Positions 1 to 14,809 of a stretch of 64,000 nucleotides of DNA are shown here, piece after piece (within the stretch, counting starts at the first letter, position 1; each line of letters opens with the position of its first letter). A model generated the notes under the pieces. It did no database searches and was not told the DNA's origin. It worked only from the letters and a program-made list of their open reading frames with translations. The position numbers were made by a program, and so were the translations under genes. The DNA is from Azolla caroliniana (taxonomy: Eukaryota > Plantae > Polypodiophyta): positions 21,638,001-21,702,000 of the forward strand of contig JBHGNT010000009.1 of assembly GCA_043228905.1 (NCBI GenBank), read 5' to 3'.

Positions 1-763
1 CAAATCTTTTGTCATGTAGAGAAATCATAATTGCTTTTGTGATTAAACTAAACAACCTCTATGTTATAAACTTGTTTCGGATAGAATTGTAAAATGTGTG
101 TTCAATTGATTCTAGAGAGCAAAAAACTACGTGAACTTGTTTCCCCATAATAGAGGAGTTTTAGTAGTACCGATCAATAATTTGGGTGAGAGGTAGGATT
201 TCGAACACGTGTTTTACAGAGATTGTTGCCACTCTTGCTAAGGTCTTGATAGGTTTTTTGGTGCAAAAGTCTGATTGCTAGAAGATAATTTTATCCCTAA
301 ATCATCATAAAAGTTCCTAATTAGCCGTAGGGACCCTTAAGTCGTCCTTCGGCCAATTTCCTTAATCCGGCATTGGGACCCCTCCCCCCAAATAAACTCT
401 AGAACCAATCCCAAAATGATTGTATCTAAGGCCAATTTAGGCCTTGGACAAAAGGAGGCTCCTTAGAGCCAACAAGGAGATGAGGAGGAGGAGGAAACGG
501 GTCTACTCCCCATGGATGTTGTAGTTACTTGGCATCATCAACCAACGCACAACGCCTAGCCACTACCAAGTCTACACTTCACACATAGCCAACCCCGTAC
601 TCACCCTCTTTGTACACACTATCCCCTTGAATTTAAATTTAAACAAAATATACATATATTCCAAATCTTAAAATCTACTTCTCATTTATCAAAATGAAAA
701 CACATACAGACACAAATACATATTTGTAAACCTATATACTAACGTGCATACCCATATTATCCC

Positions 764-765
<2 letters not shown>

Positions 766-807
<42 letters not shown>
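766..807. repeat. (CA)n microsatellite inside a CA/TA-rich low-complexity tract (~690-1310)
   Basis: About 21 CA units are directly visible. Confidence 0.95.
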
Positions 808-808
<1 letters not shown>

Positions 809-1577
809 CAACCCAAATGTGCGTATAAGCCCCCATACCAACAACAACACACACATAAGCACATCAAGAATACTTCCACATTCATATGTATATGATATAC
901 ATGATACTCAATACAAAAAACATACACATTTTCAAGTGCACTCACACTCAATATATACTCACAAGCACACAAACATGAAAATCACGCTCATGTTTATAAC
1001 TGACACACACATGAACACTTGCACCTATTCACATACATTGCACTAATTTGTACATATGCAAGATGCTCAATCTAAAGAAGCATAGATAGAGGAGTGCCAA
1101 TTGATTTGTTTGATCATGTAACCCTTCATTGGGTATATTCTTAAGTGCACAAACATGTGATTTTTTAGGCTTGCATTTATAACAGTTGCACGTGAACACC
1201 TGCACATATGAGCATACATTGCACCAGTTCACTTTCACATGAACACATCTCAACTCGCACAACACTTACATATTCTAGCATACACAATATCCAAATACAA
1301 GCACATTTTGTCCTACGCAGAGAGGGTGTGCTCAGAACTGAAACCGCACGAATCAAGACAAGAAGCTTGATCTAAAGAAGCAAAAAGGGGTGGCCCACTA
1401 ATCTGTCGACTCCCACAGACCCATCGTCGACAAATTAGGCCATACATCTTCCATGGTTCAGGTCCTTCGGGGGTTCGCATGTGCGCACAAAGTTCTCACG
1501 CTATCGGTTGTAGACAGGAGGAGGGTGTTTAGAAGCGCACACGGGTGCCTCGCATCAAGTCATCATTTGAAACAAGC

Positions 1578-1687
1578 GGGCTGAAGCCTAAGAGAAAACC
1601 ATGAGTCTTGGGTTGGGGAAACTTGGGCTGAAGTCTGAGAGAAAACCATGAGACTTGGGTTGGGAAACTTGGGCTGAAGTCTGAGAC
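1578..1687. repeat. ~47-bp tandem repeat (about 2.3 copies) upstream of the LRAT gene
   Basis: The unit gggctgaagtctgagagaaaaccatgag(t/a)cttgggttggg(g)aaactt is repeated. Confidence 0.85.
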
Positions 1688-1848
1688 CACTTGAGAGGTT
1701 TAGAAAACTTCGGTTTATTTGGGGGTGGGGGGGGGTATTATTTGTAATTACCCAAAACTGAGTAGGGGTATCCCTGTGATTTTTATGCATATTGTTTTAC
1801 GTCTCTACCCCTTCCTCTGTTTCTGCTCCCTTCTCTCTGTCTCTGCAG

Positions 1849-1979
1849 ATGGGCCTTCTTTCAAACAGGATCTCTCGAGCGCAACTTAGCCCTGGAGATC
1901 ATATCTACTCTTGGAGAGCTTTGTATAGCTATGCTCATCACGGTATTTCTCCCTTTTTTCTCCTTTCCGTTTTTGTGTT

Positions 1980-2024
<45 letters not shown>

Positions 2025-5000
2025 TTCTCGGAACGTCTTCTTCCTTCCTTGTTGATTTTTGAGAGAGCAAGTCGGTCAAGATCTGCGTTTTCTTAGATCG
2101 GTATTGTAGTAATACCTTGGTTGATCTCTATCAGAAATTGTTTAGCACTTTAATCATCATTAAGCTTTTGTAATGATGATGATGGTGATGATGACGATGA
2201 TGATCACAATGGCGATGGTTATTTCCTCATATTGATAATGTGTTTCCTTTTTAGTCCGAACAAAGAAAGGCTCATGGAAAACCATTTGTTCAATGTGGCC
2301 AGGTTTTTTTTTATGTATTATGTACATTTCACATTCAAGTCTGTGTTTCCTTGTAAAGTAATATACAAACTTCTTCTGATTTCTGTGAGCGTTTGAGACT
2401 AGACTTGTCCATATTTCTGCATTCCATGATCAAAGCCATGGTTTAGATCCAGAAAGGTGAATTCTCGTTCTCTTTCTCATTCTCATATATACTCAATCTG
2501 AGGGGTTGGCTTTTAAATCATCCTAGTGTTCATTTTCCTACATAAACAGTGGCAACAATTCCTCGTTTCCACCATGTTGATATTACTGATGATAGTTGCA
2601 ATGACTAACATCTCTTCAATGTCTGTTCTTCTAATTGGTTGGACTATGAACAGTGGTGTAGTCTCCACCTGGCATCAGGTGTGATATATGTACTTTAGAT
2701 CATGGTTATTCAGGATACATTGCAGGATTTGGGAATGGAACCAGTGGTGTGTATGTATGTATGATGAGAGAGATAAGGTATGAAGGCATGGAAACATGAT
2801 AGGAGATGCTAAAAGGAAACAAGACAGGGACATGAAGTTAAGGTATGTTCATTCTATGTGACTCTGTTTTAGATGTTCAATGGATGTGATTTCGTGGTTA
2901 TAATATCACATGAGACAAATTGTATATGGTAGTGGAAGCAAATGCAGAATCTCTTAATAGTAGATAAAATGCAGTATGCTAGAATGAGAAGATGAGAAAG
3001 GCAACAATATAAATTAAACAGAACCTTTCAAGGGTTCCTCGTCTCCTCTCTTCTTTTTGTACAAGGTCATGTTGTTCCACTATGATTCTCCCTTATTTCT
3101 TGCCTTACTACATTGCCTATAGATGTTCTTGACTTAGATGTGTCAAATCTTGTTTCTATTGTGGGTTCGGGTGCATGCATGACTTACATTGGTATTGCCA
3201 CTTTTCAAAAAATGCTTGTCAATGAGCATGAGAGGACTTAATGTTCTGTCTTGGAAAGATATTTGAGATAACTTCGGCACAACTTGGCCTATCACATTGC
3301 GCAATGTATAGGATCGATGTATGTCCGTATTAGACGGCCTGATGATGAATCCATCCTCTGATGTGTGTAAAAGGGTTCCTATAATGAGCCATCTTCCTAC
3401 AGAGAGATTATGTGGTACTGATCTATGTTATTTTGTTTTCCTACTTGATAACTTCGGCACAACTTGGCCTATCACATTGCGCAATGTATAGGATCGATGT
3501 ATGTCCGTATTAGACGGCCTGATGATGAATCCATCCTCTGATGTGTGTAAAAGGGTTCCTATAATGAGCCATCTTCCTACAGAGAGATTATGTGGTACTG
3601 ATCTATGTTATTTTGTTTTCCTACTTGATAATATTAGTTCGGACCACTCTGGCCATGTTTAGATGTGGACAGTCCAAGCTATATTGGAGTTGGGGTAGTG
3701 CATTTGTATTTGTACCATGTGACTCGAACCATTGTTGGGTTTTAGCATACCAATGATGGATATCTCCATATTCAGCAAGTTCTTTTGATGTAAATGCCAA
3801 CCTTGTGTAAAATCAGGAAAAAAACAATGAAATTGGAATATATAAAAAGAATTAAAAACACTAATAGATTTTCAGCTAAGCTCATAAATAAGAAAGAAAA
3901 AGAGTAGCTTAAAGATAGAAAAAATAAATTTGGATTGTAACATATAGAAAGAACTAAAAATACAGATAAATTTTAAACTAAGCTAATAAAATGAGAGAGA
4001 AAAAAGAGTAGCTTATAGAAAGTTAGAAAAAAACAACCAGATCGTAATGTGACCAGAAAAGTAACACACCAGTTGTCCTTCACTATTCAAAATCAAGATG
4101 TAAGAGAGGGAATATGTACTAGAACGCACGTATCCTCTCCCACATCATAATCTTGGTATCATCAATAACCATGATATAAAAATCTAAACTGTAGTTTAAG
4201 TCTTGATAGAGAGTAAGAGAGCGATTAAGATTATATCATTAGTTTTAAGACAAAACATTGACTGAGGAATTCGGGCAGAGGTAATAAAGAATCTTGCACA
4301 AAGGCTGAGAATGGTGAGACACACAAGAGCGTTGGTTTCTCAATCATGAAAATTAGCCTCTTATTTAAGCTTTATACATAAAGTGCATTTTATTAATATC
4401 CTCAAATCAAGGAGTATTTAGTGAACCTTTCCTCCATATTTCCCTCCATTAGTTAGGCATAAGAACAATGGATGTTCCACATTCAAGGCACAGTGAATAA
4501 TTGGTTGTTGGCATACACATTAGGATGGATTAGGGAAGCTAGAAACAAATATGGATGTATGGACATAATTGAATTCACTCATATCCATGAAGATTTGACC
4601 ACTTAAAAAGCACTTATATATGTGCTATCCAAGATACATAGAATATGCTCTTAGAAGAAGAGCTTTAAATGTTGATGTGACATCTAAGTCATGGCCTCAT
4701 AAATACCTATTTAATGTTGAGTGGAATCTTTTACAAGGATCCCTTCAAACTACAAAATATTCTTTTAGAAGTTTGTAGTACAGCTCTGAAAACGAGACTG
4801 TACAACTTTAACAAAAATTAGAAATATTAAATAATATAAACTTGTTTTTCTAGTTTAGCTAGAGAAACCTAAAGGGCCTTTAATCCCAACAGATGTAGCC
4901 AGAAGTAGATTTTCTTGTGTTTACAACTCCAGCCATATCAGAATCACAATAGCCATGAAGGTTCAAATCCCTTTGCCATAACAATTGTTCTTTTCCTTAG

Positions 5001-6989
5001 TGCATTTGAGATATCTAAGGATAGACTTGACTGCAACCTAATGGTTTCGTCCAGGTTGATTCATAAATCTGGTTACTACTACTACATATGCAATATCAGG
5101 CCGTGTTGATATCATTGCATACATCAATGACCCACAAGCTGAAACATAATGAACTCCTTTTTAGAGAAAAAATTGTGGAATTAGAGAAAACGAAGGATAC
5201 TATTTATTATGAATCAAAACACTAATGACAAGTAATGAATATTAAGATTAAGAAAATAATAGTTTAAGGGTGCTTAAACACACTAACCTCCCTTGAGCAA
5301 AGGACAATACCACTAGTGGACAGATCTGTGTCCTATACCACCAAATATTACCTTATGTTGTACCTTTGAAGTTGAGATAGATGGATCTGAAAGAAGAGAG
5401 CTTTGCCTAGCCATCAAAGTCTCAATAGCGTCTCAAGATGCCATAATGAAGATAGCCCAACTTAGGGCCCTAGACTGCCGCATTTCAGAGGTCCTTAGGG
5501 GTTTGTCTCACTTGTTACGTTAAGTGGTTTCCCACTTGTCCTGCTATTATCATTTAAATTAGCCTTTAGACTTGGTCCCTAAAGTTATGTCTATAACAGT
5601 ATCATAATCTTGGTAATTTGTGCGCTTATTTGATAGGTTGTGGTTACAGTTAGTCTTATAGTGCATTTTGTTTGAAGAGAGCTAAGGTTGTGTTTAATAA
5701 TGTGCACTGTGTTTACATTCATGGGCTCCCTTTTAGATTCCCATGTTTTTTTATTTGACATGTGCCCCTATTATCATTTATGTTACAGAATGTACATTTG
5801 GTATTATAGATGGCCTAATATCCACATGAATTTATAGTAAAAAAAGGCTCATGTAATGGTTTGAGATGGAACAAAATATATCCTTAAATCACTCGTTCAA
5901 TGGTGATGACAAACCTTGTAATTGCTGTTGTTTTGTTTGGCAGCAAGAAGTAGGAAATGGATAGTTGCTACTTCATAGGATACAAATAAGGGAGATTAAG
6001 AAATAACTTTTATATTTGGTTTTTTCGGAATGATCGAATGCATTCTTCGAATATGTGTGACTAAACTCATGAGCTATGATGACTAGATTAGAGATAATGG
6101 AGTCTCAAAGATGTTTGTATTAGGATTTATATGAACTCAAAAGTATTAGTCAAGTGCATTTACTAGGTAACTGATATTATTACTGAATCATTTCTTTATT
6201 CTTCGTATTATTACTGCTGAGATGGTTACATAATATTGAATAAGCATTGAATTTTGTGATGTGTTGTAAGCTGACTCCATTTTGGTGTTTTGTCTTATTT
6301 TACTCCAATTAAGATCTAGATTCCTTATTCTGCTTTTGGATTTTTTATCAGGAATATATATTGGTGATGGGAACGTGATTCATTTCACACGGGGACAAGG
6401 CATGGAGGCAGGAACCGGAACAGTTCTAGACAACCTTTTCAACAGCTGGTTAGCGCCTCGCTCATCATCTCGCACGTGCGAGAAGTGCAAGCACCACACG
6501 ACAAACAGTAATGGTGTGGTTTTGTCATGCCTAGACTGCTTTCTTTCCGGATGCCCTCTTTACAAGTTCCAATATGAGGTTGACACAGCCACTTTCCTTG
6601 CAAAAGCAAGAGGTGGAACTTGCACACTAGCGAAAGATGATTCAGTAGAAGAGACGATCTATCGGGCATTCTACCTCCTAAAGAATGGGTTTGGAGGATA
6701 CCATCTCTTTCGGAACAATTGTGAGGATTTTGCCATGTATTGCAAGACAGGACTACTTCTACTAGATGAAAAGTTGCCTGGAAGGAGTGGGCAAGCAGTC
6801 AGCATGATGCTAGGTGTTCCTGTAGCAGCTGCAGTTCTCTATCCATCGAGCTTGTTAGTGGGCGCAGGAATTTATTGTCTCAGTCGATATGCTGTTGATC
6901 TCGGTATCAGAAAAGATATTGCAAAAATTCCTGTTGAAGAGCTGGCTTTAAATTTGGGTTGGTCTCCATCATCTTCATCACTATCATAA
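1849..6989 (+). CDS. LRAT/NC-domain (permuted NlpC/P60 papain-like) protein, similar to plant LEAD-SENSITIVE 1-type proteins; 2 exons, ~243 aa
   Basis: Exon 1 is 1849-1942 ([32 protein letters not shown]|gt). Exon 2 is 6352-6989 (ag|[12 protein letters not shown]...[15 protein letters not shown]). The GT-AG intron 1943-6351 joins in phase, giving 732 nt. The LRAT motifs HHGIY, VIHF and NCEDF are present. Confidence 0.93.
1984..2022. repeat. (CT)n microsatellite at the 5' end of the LRAT intron
   Basis: Directly visible. Confidence 0.95.
3267..3631. repeat. Perfect 180-bp tandem duplication in the LRAT intron
   Basis: 3267-3446 is identical to 3447-3626. GATAA occurs at 3267, 3447 and 3627 (microhomology at the junctions). 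Confidence 0.95.
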
Positions 6990-9800
6990 CTGTCATCTTC
7001 ATTCTCATCATCATTTACATGATAACTGTCATCCACATAATTATGTCAGTAACTCCAATTTGGCAAAACTCTTGGCCCCTGAAATTCGCATTTTGATGAT
7101 GCCAAAGACTTGTTCACTAGATTTTAATGATATCTGATTCATTTTGTTGGTTTGTGTGAAGGAACACATATCCATAGCTTCATCGAACAATAGTGAAATT
7201 CAACCTCATAAATATATAATTAGTGTTTCTACTCCCGTTCGCATTATTTGTTTCTTATGTCATTCTTTGGATTTTCATGAAGATACAACTTCAGAACAAG
7301 AGTTGGTGGTGATCTATCAATTCACAATATATATATATATCTATATATATATATAATTCTTGATATATATATATATATATAATTCAAGAATCCGTTATCC
7401 CTTCAATCAAAATGTTGCTACCTAACTTGACACTTCATCAAATTTGGTCACACAAGTTTGGTGCTGAGGTAGCATCATGGCATCATCACCCCAAGTATGA
7501 AGATATACGATGAAAACCTAGTGGAGGATGAATATTTGCTTAGATGGGGGTGATAATTCAAGTGACATACTCAAATCTCCACCATGAAGTGTGAGCACAT
7601 ATTGTTTGTCCATTATTTTTCACATAGAATTTTTACTACAAAGTAGTACCCCCCCCCCCCCCCTCCCCCAATCTTTGGAAGTTGTCACATCCAAGGCTAT
7701 ATGTTTATTCAGTTCCATAGGTCAAATGTGGAAGGAGTCATAATAAAAAATCTATTCTATGTGAAGTTGAAGGCCAATCTGTAGATATAAGCTTTTTTAA
7801 AAAGCTGGTCATAGACGTGTTGGCATGACATTATTAATTGCTTCTATGCACATTTAAGGAAGACCCTACAAAACATATGCAAGGAAGTTTGAAATTGTGT
7901 AGAGTGTTTGAATGAGGAGTTTAAGAGCTTTGGTTGAGTATCAAATTGATATTGTAACATGTTTGAACAAAAGGAGTGTAAAGTTGATGTTTTTGGTCGA
8001 GGAAAAGTAGGTTTTTGGTTGAGGAAAACTAGGCATTGAAAGTAGAAAAGTGCTATCATAGCATCAATAGCAAATATTATGTCATCATCACATCACACCA
8101 CATAGTCGATATTGTTTTGTGTTGAATGCTAAAGGGTTATACACTTTTTTCATGACATATTGCCCATATAGACTTGTATCATTACCTGGTGTGGGATAGT
8201 TTGGAATCCAATTTGACTAGCTCAATATGTAAATGTATTCGATTAATAACAAAAATTTCATGAAATAAAGAAAAGGTCGAGGAAACTTTCAAATAAACCA
8301 TGGATAGTTAGGACTTGTAAAATAGTCAGTTTTGGTACTTTGAAAAATAGCTTATAAATCGTTCCTCTAATGGGATTGTGCAACATTCCAAATTCTTCAA
8401 CAAAGAGATGAAACAATTATATCTTCTTTGAGAATCAAGCTCAATACTCTCCATTGGCTTGCTTCTACACATAGACTCATTTTCTTGTTAAGAGGATGAG
8501 ACTTGGATGCAAATTTGCTGTCTAATATGGCGAAGATTAGATTAGGCCCAATATTATGTCACTCAAGTCTTATTCAATTATTTTCTTCTTTCTTGTGGCA
8601 TCAATATCTCAAGAGGCAACCGACATTATCCCAACCAATTGGTTACAATAATGTATAGTCTTACATTCAATGAGGGTTTTAGCTTAAATTTTGAACTCCC
8701 AACAAAAAGTGCATGGTTTGGTTGTTCTCGATGTAAACCAAAAATTCGCAATATATTTGAAAGCAAACAGGACATAAGTGGCAAGTTGGAAGATGAGGAT
8801 AGTAAAACAAAAAATTGTTTATTGACTGTTCCATAACGGTGTACATATATGATCTTGTATCACATTAACCTCATGAGAATGATGAAACCAACAAACAACC
8901 CCACGCTTTGGAAAATGTTCTGCAGTAAAACAAATGACAATTGGGATTAAAGGTAAGTGTTATGAGATTTTCCTTCTTTATTGTTCATGATTATAAAATT
9001 TTCTTGTTGGGAATCACAATAGGTTTTTGTGCATAGAAGTCATGCATATATGCAATGCAAGAAATCCTCAAAGCTTTACAAAGTAAGTGAAAACAAGTAT
9101 ATGATGTAATCAATGCTCTTGTCGAATGTTTTTCATGTGGTCATAATGTATTGAAATGATGATCAATCCACAAGATTCGCCACTAGCATTGAAAATCAAC
9201 ACATTCATACCCTTAATAAATTCTCCTAACATTTTGCGACCCACATTCTTGCGGGACTAACATTCTTTGATACACAAATCACCAACATAGGTGCTGAAGT
9301 AAATTTCTCAAATTCATTTACATGCACTAACATTTCTAATTTGAGCAAAAATGAAGTGTGATGAAAACATTTTAGTTGCAAGATAAATATAGAGTGTGGC
9401 AACTTAGAGAACCTCACTACAATCTTTGCATAGATAAGGTGTCTCTATCTGTTGGTAAATGTTTGATATGTTTGCCTTGTTACCATTCTTGCCTGTCAGG
9501 CTGTCACACATGGAGTGTTTTTTATGTATAATATAAGTCATACCATTCCAATTTGAGTTTCATTGGGTATTGATTGCTTAGAATCCCCTTCATTGGGTAC
9601 TAATTGTTTAGAATCAACTTCCACTGATGCATTGACAACATCGTTATTTGCTTTGTCAATTTTTGAGTCATTTGAAAAGGACTTGATGTAATCACCTACA
9701 TTAATAAGACGACAAACTTTACTTAAAATGAAAATGTCAGACCTATCTATCACAACTAAAGAAAGAAAAATTGGTTTAACGGTTACATGTATAATATCGA

Positions 9801-9923
9801 GGGAACATAAAAACTAGCCATTTGATTATGGGTAATATTTTCCAATTTTACTATGGTAGAATAAATGCAACAAAGTAGTAAAATTGATATTATCCATAAT
9901 GAGAATAGTTTTTATATTTTCCC
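9801..9923. mobile_element. Mutator-like foldback MITE (~123 bp)
   Basis: Imperfect ~50-bp TIRs: gggaacataaaaacta...attatgggtaatat...caattttacta / tagtaaaattg.atattatccataat...tagtttttatattttccc. The flanks taatatcga / taatatttg resemble a decayed 9-bp TSD. Confidence 0.6.
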
Positions 9924-12900
9924 TAATATTTGGCTTTCTTCTAAAAAGCTTGTAAGCATAATACAACTATTGATTTTATTGAATCTTATCGACACCTAAA
10001 ATTGATCATTTAGCGAACATTCTAAGCTTCTCCACTACGCCTTAATTATGTTTATTTTAGATGTAGCGCAATTCATAAAGAAACATAAAATGGGGTTTTT
10101 TAAGATGCTTATGTGTGCCTAAGTTCCTCCAACATTGGTTCATTATAGAAGGATAGTGACATACCCGGATGCCCATTCCCCAACACAATATTTGCAACCA
10201 ATGCATTGTCTGTGATAGGGATCTTAAGGATGTGGAGAGAAATGCACCATTAACAAGCAATGCATTTTTCATGTTTTTTGTTTGTGAAACTCAACAAGTT
10301 TGACGATCCTAGAGAAAGAGAGTGAGAGTGAGAATACCAAGGATTGAGTTGATGTTATTCTTGTGAGTGTCAACAAGGGCAAGGAGAGAATGAGTGATAG
10401 AAGTGCGAGAGGGAGGAGGGAGGGATTGCAATGTTTCGGTCACCCTACGCTTAAGCTCCTCCAACTCGCTAGCAATGGCACCACTTAGAAGCTCGCACGT
10501 GAAGGCCTGCCACCTCTCTCTCTCCTTAACACGCCCTATCTCCATCCACGTAGTTGGCGTCCCATTGTTGTCATGCACCATTCTCTCATTATACATTATA
10601 CTCTCCAATCCTATAGACTTCCTCCCCTCCATCTCCCTCTTCTCTTTGTGTAGTGAGATCTCGGTTTATTTAACCCACGATAACAATAAAACCTTTGGAG
10701 TCACTTCATTCCCTCACCTCCAAACCACATCTTCAAGCAAAACCAACATTGCTTTAATCAATCGACTTGGCAAAGCATCCTAATATTTATTTGTTCTAGA
10801 TAAGTTCTCTATTAGGATCTTTGAAATCCTATTCACAAACTTGGCTTTTCTAAATTTTACACCAAGGATATTTGTACCTTTATTTTCTGTAGGCTCGTCA
10901 AACTTAAGATTCATGGAAAAACTATTTAATTTAAAACTTATTTTAAGTTTGCTTTTAAGAGCCGCCATACATTTTACAACAATAAGCATAGAGACATATT
11001 TATCTAATGAAAAACGGTTTCTTTGAAAACAACAATTCTCCCATTCAAATTGAATTTTGTTGGTGTTACCAAGTTCAAATGTAGATCCTCTTTGCTATTT
11101 TGTGGGAATTCCTGTGCAAACATAAAACATAATTGGTTACAGTCAATCATGGCAATTTGTTTGGAATCATGCTTAGGTAGTTTGTAACATAATCATAGAC
11201 TTAGTTCGCTAGCATTCGCCAAAAGAGGCAAAGTAGTTAATCACATCAACGTCATGTTGCTAGCTAGTCTTATCAAGCCTGCCACACTAAACACATCATG
11301 TGCTACATAACTACATATTACTGCATGTGTAGGCACACCCCTTTAGAGATATGCTTACTTCAACATATCATGCATTGAAGTATAGGTAAAATGATAAAAC
11401 ATACATATTGCATATTGACATAATTATGCAAGCATATCAAGCTTTGTTCTTGGGCATGCGGGAGGGGGTGTGGACTGTATTTGAGTGACAATAATATTTG
11501 GGCCATCATGGGCTTGTGGTCATTGGCCCACAAGCCATTGTTCACTCTCAAGACCATGAACATTAATTGATCGCGGAAGAAACAAATACCTCAATCCCTT
11601 TGTTTTGTTGACAATAATAAATAAAAGAAATACAATTTCTAAAAGTAAAAGTAAAATCAATCAATTAATTACTCAAAAAATAGAACAATTTAAAATCTTG
11701 GAGGTTGCTTCTTGTGCATCTAGTTTTAAGAAGGGAAAAACAACATTTTCTATTTTTATTTTAATTTATAGCAAGGCTTTATATTATTACAAGACCCGGA
11801 AACATTGGAGTGTGTCAAGTTAACAAGTGCGAAACCTTGAAGTGCAAAACGACTCAAAGCAGACATTGTGTTGTGTTACCCAATGGGAAACTTCAAAGTA
11901 CGAATCGAATTACCCAGCACCTATACCTCAGAGTGAGCATTTAATCCGTTAGATAAAAAATCTACAGAGCATAAGTTTGAATATAACTTATAAGGTTAAA
12001 CTCAAACAATGTTACGACTTACCTATAGGCTATAAGAAACCTCAAAGGGAGAATTTGAGCCTTGGGGTGGAAACTGAAGAATAGTTACAAAACATCTTAT
12101 TCAAATAATTCAAAACCCAAGAATACACCATGTATGCACGTGAAGGGTAGGATTGTAGCGTATACATAAATAAGTCGATCAATCCTAGGTAACCTTGTGT
12201 TTGAGTTTGCTCGACTTATCAAGTACCGTTTAATAATAGGTTTGGCTATCTTTGCTTAGATATACAAAAAGCAGGTGTATGTACAAACAATATCTATAAT
12301 GTTGGCATGAGAATGCCTTCTTTGTTGTCGTACAATCTATTCTACTTGTCTCTAGGCCTTGTGAGCGTCTACATATCAATGAAAATTAACCCATCTATAG
12401 AACAAGGGGCTATTGTTGGGTTGGGCATGGCCTTATTAGACTCTAGACACATTCATTCACTCTATTTCTCTCTTTATAGGTTTGTGTCACTATGCCCAAT
12501 GGTAGATGTGGATTTGTCTACATATATTATGCATGTATATACATATATAGAGTACAATGACATGGAGATGTGGGCCTCCCAAAAATAACACATTTCCATG
12601 TTTGGTGGAAGAGGGACATTACACTTTTTTGTACTACTTCCTACTTAGAAGGCTCATAGATTGTTACCGAAGACGACTTTTTCGAGGGCTCTCTCTATAT
12701 GCATTATTTATTCGAGGTAAGCATCCTCACTTCGTCATTGGTTGTTCTGTGGGAAGTGAAACTTGAATGATCAAAATACAAAGAAATCATCACATCGTTA
12801 TTGATTTGGTTGGCTGGTTCTGAGAATGAGTTCATGAACATCTAGAAAGAGCTTCAATCATTATCTCAGATTAAACATGTCCAAATGGAAGTTTTATATG

Positions 12901-13186
12901 TGCCTTGTTTGTATATGTGTGAGCTCACCAAGGTTTGAAAGAACTCCAATCATTATCTTGACCTATATGTACATTTCCAACTATGTAGAAGAATTATGCT
13001 CGCGTTGATTGTCTTCATTTATTGCATCCCTCATTCCCAAGGTCTTGGTTGAGGTCACTCCTTTGTTATTAAACTTATAAACATGTATATAATAATGTAT
13101 CTTATAGATGATACTTGGAACAAAGGTGAAGAAGAATAAAGAAACTAAATGCTATTGCAAACTAAGTTAACGTTCCCTCATTTTGT

Positions 13187-13555
13187 AACCCATCATAGAC
13201 AAATTCGTGTCTATAATATTCCGTAAACCTAGAGACCATAAGGATAGAGAACAAGGGGATGGATGGCACTAAACAAGTTCATAAGGAAGCTCATTGGAAT
13301 GGTGATCAACCAAACCCATCACAGACAAATTCTCGTCTATAATCTTCTACAAACCTAGAGACCATAAGGATAGAGAACAAGGGGGTGGCTGTCAATAAAC
13401 AAGTTCATAAGGAAGCTCATTGGAATGGTGATCAACCAAACCCATCACAGACAAATTCTCGTTTATAATCTTTTGCAAACCTAGAGACCATCAGGATAGA
13501 GAGCAAGGAGGTGGACGTCACTACACCATTTCTTAAGGAATGGTGACCAATCAAA
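13187..13555. repeat. 126-bp tandem repeat, 3 copies, upstream of the RRT gene
   Basis: Units start at 13187, 13313 and 13439 (aacccatca.agacaaatt...aaacctagagacca.aaggatagaga.caagg...ggaatggtga). Confidence 0.92.
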
Positions 13556-14809
13556 AGGCGCGAGGGCCACATGGGTTGCTCATTCTCGACAATTGTATGG
13601 CCAAGTGACTCATGGCTAGTTCCATTGGCAATGGTGACTCAAATCCTTTCTCAAATGGGATCCTCATTCATGCGAAGACGCGTGAACATACTCATCACTA
13701 ATCCTTCAACGAACAAAAGGGTACTCAAAACTCACGATGCCAACTGACATATAAAAAACACATGATACCAAAAGAGACGAGGGTTTGAATACTCTATCTG
13801 GTTGTATTCGCATGCGGAGGTTGCGATTCAGTCCGAAGGTTTCGAGGATGAGGAGTTGAGACCTTAGCAGTATGTAGTTCATGTGGGAGGCTGCGATGGG
13901 CGGGCGGGGCCACCCGTGGACATGTGGTGTGACGAACGGGTTCCCGACACTCGGGTTCGATCAATCAACCAATGCCTCCCCCTAAATCCATATGTTTCCT
14001 TCTTCATCGTGTGAACCGCCCCTTACCCCCCCCCCCCCCCCCCCTTCTAACAGAGAAAGAGAAAGAACAGTAAAGAACCCAAAGAACTGTCAGGAGGAGA
14101 GAGAGAGAGTGTCTGTGAAGCCATCTCCATCTCCATCTCCATCTCCATCTCCTTCCTGCTTGTTGTTAACTCGCATATGTGGACCAGATATCGTCTCCGC
14201 AGACTACCTCGCCTCGCTTCAGATGCCAAGACAGACAGAGATAGATAGAGATGGCATTGATCCTTATCTCTCTCTCTCTCTCCACAATGCTGTCGGAAGA
14301 ATCTTACTCTTGACACACACCTCATACAGAGAAGAATAATTCTCCGCGTCCTCCATTCGTCTCTGTTCCTATTTGTTAGGCTGATCCGTTCCTTTCAAGG
14401 TTATAATTTTCTGAATAGCCAAGATATTTGGTTATCATGCATGTACTTTGTTCAGTTGTGCTGATCAATTCTTTCGAGGTTATAATTTGCTGACGATCCA
14501 AGATATTTGGTTATCAGCATTGCACGGAAACAAAAAAAGATCTTAATTTGATTGATTATTTTTGGAAGGAGCATCAGGTGTTGATTAAGCAAGAAGGGAG
14601 ATCAAATCTTGATTAATCCTTAGCCATAGCCATAGGCGTTCAATAAAGAAAGGCACTTCCAAAAGAAAATACGATTGAGAGAAAAAGAGAAGGTTTCCGG
14701 ATGGTCTAAGCTTCATTGGATTTCTTCTGTGACGATCAGGCTTCTGCTGTTTTAACGGACTTCATTATCATCTTCGTATTCGTCTTCTTCAGCTTTATAA
14801 TTGGACATT

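Noticed and set aside
744-1265. His/Thr-rich and Cys/Val-rich ORFs (also at 20137-20651, 29239-29660, 39189-39547)
   Set aside because: These are translations of (CA)n/(TG)n and CA/TA-rich low-complexity DNA, with no domain or splice support.
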